DNA of 64,000 nucleotides from an uncultured Candidatus Kuenenia sp. (GTDB lineage Bacteria; Planctomycetota; Planctomycetia; Pirellulales; UBA1268): NCBI GenBank assembly GCA_964498325.1, contig CAZCHF010000001.1, positions 127,225 to 191,224 of the forward strand, read 5' to 3'. Shown piece by piece: positions 57,118 to 64,000 of this stretch (position 1 is its first letter; each line of letters starts with the position of its first letter). The notes under the pieces were generated by a model. It saw only the letters and a program-made list of their open reading frames with translations, ran no database searches and was not told where the DNA came from. The position numbers and the translations under genes were made by a program.

Positions 57118-57696
57118 ATGCCAACCGACTCGACGACCACCCCTGACCCCGAACTCCTCGACCTCGTCGCGACCCGCGCCCTCAAACGGGGCACGTTTAC
57201 GCTTGCCAGCGGCCGCCAGGCGAGTTTCTACCTCGACGCCAAACAGGTCGTGCTCGACGCGCACGGTTCGATGCTGGTCGGCCGGGCGATCCTCGCACGG
57301 CTGCGGGGGCTTGGCCCCCTGCCGGCTGCCGTGGGGGGCATGAGCATTGGCGCCGACCCGGTCACCTCGGCCGTCGTCACGATGGCGGGCGTCGCGGGCG
57401 TGCCCCTCAAGGGGTTCATGGTTCGCAAAGAACCGAAGGGCCATGGTCTTCAGCGGTACGTCGAGGGACCGGTCGAACCTGGGCAGCGAGTGGTCATCGT
57501 GGAAGATGTCATCACCACCGGCGGCTCGTCGCTTCTGGCCATCGACCGCGCGATCGAGTTTGGCCTGGTGGTCGAGCGGCTCGTGGCAGTGATCGACCGG
57601 CTGGCGGGTGGTCGCGAGGCGCTCGCCGCGCGCGGCATTCCGCTGGAATCGCTCGTCACGATTCGTGATTTGGGGATCGATCCAGACGCCTCCTGA
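57118..57696 (+). CDS. pyrE: Orotate phosphoribosyltransferase
   Basis: FTLASGRQASFYLD; VRKEPKGHG; VVIVEDVITTGGS PRPP-binding motif. Confidence 0.95.
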   Translation: MPTDSTTTPDPELLDLVATRALKRGTFTLASGRQASFYLDAKQVVLDAHGSMLVGRAILARLRGLGPLPAAVGGMSIGADPVTSAVVTMAGVAGVPLKGFMVRKEPKGHGLQRYVEGPVEPGQRVVIVEDVITTGGSSLLAIDRAIEFGLVVERLVAVIDRLAGGREALAARGIPLESLVTIRDLGIDPDAS

Positions 57697-57702
57697 CGCT
57701 GC

Positions 57703-57732
57703 TTGCCCCGGGAAGTACGTCGGGCGTAGGTT
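57703..57732 (+). promoter_or_regulatory. Putative sigma70 promoter giving a leaderless transcript for 57739
   Basis: TTGCCC, 18-bp spacer, TAGGTT, then 6 nt to ATG 57739. Confidence 0.38.
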
Positions 57733-57738
57733 GACGGT

Positions 57739-59571
57739 ATGCAGGCAGTTCGTTGGCACAGACCGTTCGGACCTTTGGCATGGGTCTTCTGCGCCGGTGC
57801 CCTGGCGTGCCTGCAGGCCTCCGGCGACGACGCCACGGTGGCCGACGAGGTCGCCGCACTCGTCAAGCAACTCGGAGACGACGACTACGCCGTTCGTGAA
57901 ACGGCTTCGGCACGGTTGACCGAACTCGGTCCGGCAGCGGCCGACACCCTCCTCGAAACGGCCGACGTGAGCGGCGATCTCGAGGTGGCACTCCGGGCCA
58001 AGTGGCTCGTCGACTCGCTGCCACTTGCCACGGCTCACGATCCACCCGAGGTGACCGCGTACCTCGAGCCTTATTCGACGAGCCCGTTTGCCGAGCGCGT
58101 ACGGATCATGCACCGGCTCCTCCGTATTGACGACGAGGCCGGCATCGAGCCCCTTGCCCGCATCGTGCGGCTCGAACGAACGCAGAACGGCTCGCGCATC
58201 GCTGCGGCGCTCCTGGCCCGCGAGTGGCAGGCAAACGATCCCTACTGGGACGATCTCGCGCCCCGTATCCTCGCGGGGCTCGGTCCCAGCAGGCGTCCGG
58301 CAGCGACGTTTCTCAAAGGGCTCGTCGCGACGACGACGGGAGGCACGGCAGAAGAGCGATCGCGCGGCCTGGAAGCAGTCCGTACGGCAACGGAGACGCT
58401 CGGTGGGCTGGCCGATGCACGCCGCGAGGCCCCGACTGACGACGCCGATGCGTCCACGGGGATCGCCCAAACCGGCCACATCTTCAGGCGATGCCTGGCA
58501 GAACTTTTGGTTCAGGCTGGTCATCGCCAGGAAGCGCTCAACCAAGCATCGACGCTCCTCGGTGCGGCCGGCCGTGGAGGCGACGAGCAGGGAGCCCAGA
58601 CGGTGGCAGACCTCGAATGGCTCACATCGCACGGCTTGCCAGAGTCGGTCGATCTCCTCGAGAGCCGCCTGACCGGCGACAACGTGCCGCCGCTGCTCGC
58701 CTACGCTGCCGCGACCGCTTGGCGAGCCCGCAAGGAACCACGCTCGAAAGAGCGAGCTGCGGCCCTCGCGGACGACGCCAGCCGCAGGCTCGCCGCCGGC
58801 GAAGATTTCACGACGCGGCTGCAAGCAGCGATGCTTCTGGCGCGGTGGGGCGCCGATGAATGGGCCGAGCGGGAGTATCGAGTGCTCCTGGACGATCGGG
58901 AGGCACCGCAAGAATTGCGCGCACTCGCGGCCGTCTTCGCGTCGGAGTTCTTCCACGACCGGCGCCGTCACGCCGAAGCGGCCGCGATTTTGGAGCGCGA
59001 GCTCGAGGATCGTCGTAAGGGCAACGATATCGAGGGTGCCTTCATGCGGATCGAACGCGATCCGCGATCGGTCCGATCCCGCATGCTCTATTTTCTCGCC
59101 TGCGCCGCCGCGGCGGCCGGAGACAAGGCCGGCCATCGCGAGAAACTCGAGGCCTCGCTGCGGGCCTATCCGAAGGACGTCGACACGCTCATCGCGGTCT
59201 ACAATCTCCCCGACAACACGCCGAAGCAGAAGGCGGAGGCCACGGAGCGGGTGGCACGTGCCCTCGCGACGATCGAAGAGGAGATCCGAGCCCTGCCCGA
59301 CGACCCGAACAGCCGCAACGAGTACGCCTGGCTCGTGGCCAACACCGAGGGTGACCTTTCGAAGGCCCTCGAGTACTCACGGGGCTCGCTCGAAACGTCG
59401 TTCGACAGTTCGAGCTACCTCGACACGCTTGCCCACTGCCATGCCGCCGCAGGCAGCATCGATCGGGCCATCCGCACCCAGTGGCTGGCAGTGCGACAGG
59501 AACCGCACAGCCAAACGATTCGTCGCAACCTCGCCCGCTTTGAAGCTCGCAGGTCTGACCCAAAACCATGA
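57739..59571 (+). CDS. Secreted HEAT/TPR repeat hypothetical protein
   Basis: Signal-like N-terminus; LGDDDYAVRETASARL; C-terminal NEYAWL...YLDTLAHCH TPRs. Confidence 0.8.
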   Translation: MQAVRWHRPFGPLAWVFCAGALACLQASGDDATVADEVAALVKQLGDDDYAVRETASARLTELGPAAADTLLETADVSGDLEVALRAKWLVDSLPLATAHDPPEVTAYLEPYSTSPFAERVRIMHRLLRIDDEAGIEPLARIVRLERTQNGSRIAAALLAREWQANDPYWDDLAPRILAGLGPSRRPAATFLKGLVATTTGGTAEERSRGLEAVRTATETLGGLADARREAPTDDADASTGIAQTGHIFRRCLAELLVQAGHRQEALNQASTLLGAAGRGGDEQGAQTVADLEWLTSHGLPESVDLLESRLTGDNVPPLLAYAAATAWRARKEPRSKERAAALADDASRRLAAGEDFTTRLQAAMLLARWGADEWAEREYRVLLDDREAPQELRALAAVFASEFFHDRRRHAEAAAILERELEDRRKGNDIEGAFMRIERDPRSVRSRMLYFLACAAAAAGDKAGHREKLEASLRAYPKDVDTLIAVYNLPDNTPKQKAEATERVARALATIEEEIRALPDDPNSRNEYAWLVANTEGDLSKALEYSRGSLETSFDSSSYLDTLAHCHAAAGSIDRAIRTQWLAVRQEPHSQTIRRNLARFEARRSDPKP

Positions 59572-60413
59572 TGACCACGCACCATGTCAGCGTTCGCGAT
59601 ACGCGGCTGGCCGTTCACACCAGTGGCTCCGGAATTCCGGTGCTCTTCCTGCATGCCTTTCCGCTGGATCATCGGATGTGGCACCGGCAGTTGCCACTTG
59701 TCGAGCACCTCCGGCTTGTCATTCCTGACCAGCGCGGATTCGGGCAGAGCACCGGGAGCACACCGGAAAGCATCTGCCAACTGGCCCACGATGCCGTGGC
59801 CCTGCTCGATGCGCTCCATGTCACGAGTCCCGCCGTCGTCTGCGGCGTGTCGATGGGAGGCTACGTGGCTCAGCATGTGGCCGTGCGCTATCCGGACCGC
59901 GTTGCCGCGGTCGTGCTTGTCGACACCAAACTCGATGGCGATACCGACGAGGCGAAGGCAGCCCGGGCCGATCTTGCCGAGCGGGTGGGACGCGTCGGCC
60001 AGTCGATCCTCGCCGACGCGATGATCCCGAAGCTCCTGGCAACGTCATCCGAAGCGCGGGCCCTGCCAGGCCGGGACGAGGCCATTGAACTGCTGCGGCA
60101 GTCGATCACGTCGCAACAGGTGCCCACGATCCAGGCGGCCCTTGCGACCCTCGCCGGCCGGCCCGACATGAACGACGCGATGCGGCGCGTCATGGCTCCC
60201 ACGCTTCTTGTCGTCGGCGCTGAAGACGTCATCACGCCACCGATGTGCATGACGGCGGCTGAAACAGTGATCCCGAACGCACGGCTCTTGGAAGTGCCGC
60301 TCGCCGGGCACCTCGTGCCACTAGAAAGGCCCGAAATCTTCAACGCGGCGCTGCTTGAATTTCTGAAGGAACTGCCGGCGGAGACGCTGGCCGCGGATCG
60401 CGCGGAGCCCTGA
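59568..60413 (+). CDS. Alpha/beta hydrolase (enol-lactonase-like)
   Basis: FLHAFPLD, GVSMGG, GAED, AGHL. Confidence 0.88.
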   Translation: MMTTHHVSVRDTRLAVHTSGSGIPVLFLHAFPLDHRMWHRQLPLVEHLRLVIPDQRGFGQSTGSTPESICQLAHDAVALLDALHVTSPAVVCGVSMGGYVAQHVAVRYPDRVAAVVLVDTKLDGDTDEAKAARADLAERVGRVGQSILADAMIPKLLATSSEARALPGRDEAIELLRQSITSQQVPTIQAALATLAGRPDMNDAMRRVMAPTLLVVGAEDVITPPMCMTAAETVIPNARLLEVPLAGHLVPLERPEIFNAALLEFLKELPAETLAADRAEP

Positions 60414-61407
60414 CGGAAGGCCCACGTGGCGGCAGCTCACCCGGACGACCACCTTCTTCCAGGGGCGTCGGTCGTGGGAACGGTGGTGACCTTCCTCCAG
60501 GCCGGTTTCGTTCGTCCGGCTTCTCGAAACGCGGCTCGGGGGGCCGCCACTGCCCGCCACGATCGTCTTCACGAGCCCCGTTATTCGACCGCTGATCATT
60601 CCGACCGACAGATCTGGCGAGCCATTCGAGCCGCTCGGCCGAAGGCATCTCGATGATGATCCTCCGGAAAGCCGGATTGCTCGCCGCAACGATCAGATGC
60701 CATTGCTTGGCGGCCTCGTGGAGCGGTGCGTGGGCGGGATCGGCAAGGACCGTGGCAAGGCGTTCGAGCTCACGGCGATCGATCGGGGTGAGCGCTTCGA
60801 ACGTGCCCGCTGATTTCTCGAGCGACGAGAGGTCCGTCGCAGGCAACTCGGCCACTCGCTGGCGGCGGCGGTCGATCGTGGCACGCGAAGACGCCTTCGC
60901 CGTCATCTCCGAGCGCAGCGCAGCGAGCGTGGCTTCAAACTCCTGGGCCTCGCTCCGGAGGACTTTCGGGTCGCGGACGAACCAGAGCCAGCGCGGAGGG
61001 TTCACCGGGCCACCCTTCATCTGCTCGGCGAGTGACTCGAGAAACCCGACGCTGCCCAACTCCTGAAGGAGGCCGAGGTGCTCGATGACCGGGAGCCGCT
61101 CGAGTATGCGGGCGTCAGGGTCCGGCGCTGTCGCTTGTCCTGTGACGAGCCCGACGACGAGCCCTGCGAGAATGATGGCAATCGGCACGAACCGATCGAT
61201 CAAACGAGGCTGTGGCGCTCCTTCGGGCTGCGCGTCGTTGGCCACTTTCGCGGCCACGAGCTCGACGGTGGTCGCCGTCAGATCCGTCGCGGGCTTGGCA
61301 TACGGCAGGGTGTCGAGCACCTCCCAGACATCCGCGAGGTCGTCGGCTGGGGACGTGCCGCCTGAATCCTTCGGGCTCCTTGGGGCGCGCATGTCAGGCA
61401 TGGCCAT
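60340..61407 (-). CDS. Putative membrane anti-sigma factor
   Basis: Overlaps the end of the ECF sigma gene; one TM (FVPIAIILAGLVVGLV); helical domain; Pro/Gly/Arg tail. Confidence 0.6.
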   Translation of the reverse strand: MAMPDMRAPRSPKDSGGTSPADDLADVWEVLDTLPYAKPATDLTATTVELVAAKVANDAQPEGAPQPRLIDRFVPIAIILAGLVVGLVTGQATAPDPDARILERLPVIEHLGLLQELGSVGFLESLAEQMKGGPVNPPRWLWFVRDPKVLRSEAQEFEATLAALRSEMTAKASSRATIDRRRQRVAELPATDLSSLEKSAGTFEALTPIDRRELERLATVLADPAHAPLHEAAKQWHLIVAASNPAFRRIIIEMPSAERLEWLARSVGRNDQRSNNGAREDDRGGQWRPPEPRFEKPDERNRPGGRSPPFPRPTPLEEGGRPGELPPRGPSVRAPRDPRPASPPAVPSEIQAAPR

Positions 61408-62041
61408 CCCCCTCCATGTACCCCGCGAGCGACTCACGAAGCTGGTCCCGCGCCCGGAAAATGAGCGACTTCACGGCGGGCACCGAGGTTTCGAGGGCCT
61501 CGGCGATTTCCTCGTAGGAACACTGCTCGAACTTCGCGAGCAAGAGGGCCATCCGCTGCCGCTCCCCGAGCTGCCCGAGCGCTCGCTGCACGACCGATTG
61601 AAGCTCGACCCGATCGGCGGCCCTGGCCGGCATCATGCCACTCGCAGCCACGGCGAGGTGATCGAGTCCGATGGAGCTCGACGACGCGGTCGTCGTCGGT
61701 GGCACGCCTCGTTCGTGGCGGCGGTAGGCCCGCTGCTTCAAGTCACTGGCGACATGGAGGGCGATCGTGTGGACCCAGGTCGTGAATTTTGCCGTGGGAC
61801 GGTAGCGATCTCGTGCCCGGTAGACCCGCATGAAGGTTTCTTGGGCGAGGTCCTCGGCGGTGGCGTGATCGCCAGTGTGATGGAAGAAGAGGTTGACCAG
61901 CCGGCTCTGCCAGAGCTCCACCAGTTCCGCGAACGCGTGGCTATCTCCATCGCGTACGCGCAGCATGAGCTCGGTTGAACGATCTCCCTCCCGCGTCGCT
62001 GGCATCACCGCCGAATCTGTCGCCATTCGTACCGGCTCCAT
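61394..62041 (-). CDS. ECF family RNA polymerase sigma factor
   Basis: AEDLAQETF, FTTWVHTIA, LGERQRMALLL...SYEEIAEAL..SVPAVKSLIFRAR. Confidence 0.92.
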   Translation of the reverse strand: MEPVRMATDSAVMPATREGDRSTELMLRVRDGDSHAFAELVELWQSRLVNLFFHHTGDHATAEDLAQETFMRVYRARDRYRPTAKFTTWVHTIALHVASDLKQRAYRRHERGVPPTTTASSSSIGLDHLAVAASGMMPARAADRVELQSVVQRALGQLGERQRMALLLAKFEQCSYEEIAEALETSVPAVKSLIFRARDQLRESLAGYMEGDGHA

Positions 62042-62201
62042 TGCCCAGCGTCAGAATACCATCGGGCCGGACAAGCCAGACGTTCTCCACACGCATCGGT
62101 TGCCAAGCAACCGACCCACCTCAGAGAAACCGGAGCCCCGTCCGCTCGCGCGCTGATCCGAAAAGGACGCGCACGAAAAACGCGAGTCCGGAGGTACGAG
62201 C

Positions 62202-62247
62202 GGCCCGGCGGAGGCCGGGCCAGGGCCGCCGGGGGCATGGATGCCCC
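62202..62247. terminator. Two GC-rich hairpins downstream of the tRNA (possible terminator or processing signals)
   Basis: GGCCCGGC-GGAG-GCCGGGCC (62202-62221) and GGGGCA-TGGA-TGCCCC (62232-62247). Confidence 0.35.
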
Positions 62248-62261
62248 GCCGGCCCAAAAAA

Positions 62262-62334
62262 TGGAGCGGAGGAGGATCGAACTCCCAACCTCGGCATTGC
62301 GAACGCCGCGCTCTCCCAGTTGAGCTACCGCCCC
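62262..62334 (-). tRNA. tRNA-Ala (anticodon CGC), CCA not encoded
   Basis: GGGGCGGTAGCTCAACTGGGAGAGCGCGGCGTTCGCAATGCCGAGGTTGGGAGTTCGATCCTCCTCCGCTCCA; cloverleaf with the G3:U70 Ala identity pair. Confidence 0.96.
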
Positions 62335-62455
62335 GGATGGGGAACTTTGATGGTAAGGGAGCCCTGCGGCCGCGTCCAGCGGCCCCGGCCCCGTGCCACC
62401 TGCACCCCATGGTCTATCCTGAAGGGCCTTCCCATCCCCTCTCAACTTACCCGTC

Positions 62456-64000
62456 ATGCTCGTCCCTCCGATCGTGGTCCGCGGTGCCCGAGAGCACAAC
62501 CTCCGGGACGTGACGGTGGCGATGCCGCGGGGTCGACTGGTCTGCCTCTCGGGCGTGAGCGGTTCCGGCAAATCGAGCCTGGCCTTCGACACGCTGTATG
62601 CGGAAGGTCAGCGACGGTATGTCGAAAGCCTCTCGACGTTTGCCCGGCAGTTCTTGGGGCAGTTGCCTCGGCCCGATGTCGATTCGGTGATAGGGCTTTC
62701 GCCCTCGATCTCGATCGCGCAGAAATCCGCCGGCACGAACCCGCGGTCCACGGTCGCGACGATGACCGAGATCCATGACTTTCTGCGCGTCCTCTACGCC
62801 CGAGTCGGCACGGCCCACTGCCCCACCTGCGACGCCGTCCTCGAAGCCCAGCCCCGCGACCAGATCGTCGAACGGATTCTCAGGGCCTCGAGCGGCAAAC
62901 GGATCATGATTCTCGCGCCGCTGGTCCGGGAGGCGAAGGGCGAACACCGCGATCTCTTCACCGATCTCGTGCGGCAGGGGTTCACCCGGGCGAGGGTGGA
63001 CGGCTCCATTGCCCGCGTGGAGGAGCCTCCTGCCCTCGAGAAGCTTCTCAAGCACACGATCGAGGTGGTGGTCGATCGCCTCGTGCCGAGTGACGAAACC
63101 CGCAGCCGACTTGCCGAGGCCGTGGAACTCGCACTCAAGACTGGTGGCGGCCAGGTGATCGTTGCGGAGGAAGGAGGCACACCAGGCAGCGACCTGGTCC
63201 TGTCGAGTCGGTATGCGTGTGCCGCATGCGGCGTGAGTTACGACACGCCTGAGCCACAGCTTTTCAGCTTCAATAGCCCGCAGGGAGCGTGCCCCACGTG
63301 CGATGGCCTCGGCGACATCTACGGCATCGATCCCGACAAGCTCGTGACCAATCCTGAGAAATCGCTCCGCAAAGGAGCGATGGGGGTGCTCGGCAGTTTT
63401 CGGGACATGCCGCGGTGGATGCGGCGGCTCTTGAACGGCGTCGCAGCCCACGCCGAAGCGAAGAAGGGGCTCGATGCAGGCACGCTCCTCGATACTCCGT
63501 GGCAGGAACTTTCCCCCTCGCAAAAACGAATCTGGCTCGATGGCACCGGCGTCGACACGATCAAGGTGTCGTGGAAGCGAGGCCGGGCGGAGCGGGGTGC
63601 CAACACCAAGTTCGAGGGCATCAGGGCGCTGCTCGCGGCCCGCTGGCGAAACGCAAAGAGCGGGATCATCCGGCGGATGCTCGAGAAGCTCATGAGCGTC
63701 ACGCCCTGCCATGTTTGCAAGGGGGCGAGGCTTTCAGCACAGGCGCGGGCGGTGCGGATCACAACCACGGCGACGAAGCCCAAAAAGGGCCAACCGAATG
63801 AACGGTCGCTCGATAGCCTCTGTGCACTCCCAATCGCCGTCGCCCGAACCTTCCTCTCCGCAATCAACCTCGACCCCACACAGGAAGTGATCGCCGCGGA
63901 GTTGCTCAAGGAGATCCGCGGCAGGCTCGCCTTCCTCGATGAGGTTGGCCTCGGCTATCTCGCCCTCGACCGCAAGGCACCGACGCTCTCGGGGGGCGAG
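62456..64000 (+). CDS. uvrA: Excinuclease ABC subunit A, 3' truncated by the window edge (not in the ORF track)
   Basis: RGAREHNL, SGVSGSGKSSLAFDTLYAEGQRRYVESLS, Zn-finger CPTC/CAAC/CHVC motifs; ends at TLSGGE. Confidence 0.95.
   Translation, partial: MLVPPIVVRGAREHNLRDVTVAMPRGRLVCLSGVSGSGKSSLAFDTLYAEGQRRYVESLSTFARQFLGQLPRPDVDSVIGLSPSISIAQKSAGTNPRSTVATMTEIHDFLRVLYARVGTAHCPTCDAVLEAQPRDQIVERILRASSGKRIMILAPLVREAKGEHRDLFTDLVRQGFTRARVDGSIARVEEPPALEKLLKHTIEVVVDRLVPSDETRSRLAEAVELALKTGGGQVIVAEEGGTPGSDLVLSSRYACAACGVSYDTPEPQLFSFNSPQGACPTCDGLGDIYGIDPDKLVTNPEKSLRKGAMGVLGSFRDMPRWMRRLLNGVAAHAEAKKGLDAGTLLDTPWQELSPSQKRIWLDGTGVDTIKVSWKRGRAERGANTKFEGIRALLAARWRNAKSGIIRRMLEKLMSVTPCHVCKGARLSAQARAVRITTTATKPKKGQPNERSLDSLCALPIAVARTFLSAINLDPTQEVIAAELLKEIRGRLAFLDEVGLGYLALDRKAPTLSGGE

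Noticed and set aside
57013-59136. N-terminal 708 codons of the 1417-aa minus-strand ORF
   Set aside because: Shadow of pyrE and the TPR gene; NfeD homology and a signal-like sequence start only at ATG 57012.
62262-62334. tRNA-Ala as an integration site for an island
   Set aside because: No integrase and no duplicated tRNA 3' end was seen; the flanks are core genes.
1-64000. CRISPR arrays, IS elements, prophage, toxin-antitoxin or defence genes
   Set aside because: No spaced direct-repeat arrays, transposase, integrase or phage motifs recognised.

Overview
Planctomycetota-like, GC-rich chromosomal window (two DUF1559 pilin-like genes, a DUF1549/DUF1553-DUF1501 pair, a BBP7-like beta-barrel). 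Left part: three secreted carbohydrate-active-looking proteins (two SGNH acetylesterases, one with a PDZ-like insert, and a protein with a cryptic Cys-His transglutaminase-like core). These are followed by a DUF1559 gene with a good sigma70 promoter and a Fur-like 7-1-7 operator. The main candidate for an undescribed system is a co-directional cluster of about 31 kb (6998-38481) with many ATGA-coupled junctions. It encodes four secreted TPR proteins, two of them end-to-end paralogous giants of about 2500 aa with repeated Ig-like modules and a nested discoidin/PA14-like insert. It also encodes an ExbB plus two ExbD motor subunits, two membrane proteins with TonB/TolA-type TM histidines (one carrying DUF4159 where a TonB C-terminal domain would be), and a PDZ-DUF6288-HEAT protein. 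No TonB-dependent receptor is seen in the window. Right part is mostly core genome: a FabF-like protein with Cys->Asp, LpxH-like, lptB, lepB, TlpA, TrmH, an RNase HII-like protein, SixA, the nfeD-nfeD-floA operon, pyrE, an ECF sigma/anti-sigma pair, tRNA-Ala(CGC) and a partial uvrA. No CRISPR, IS or prophage signatures were seen. All domain calls are from motif recognition by eye, not from database searches.
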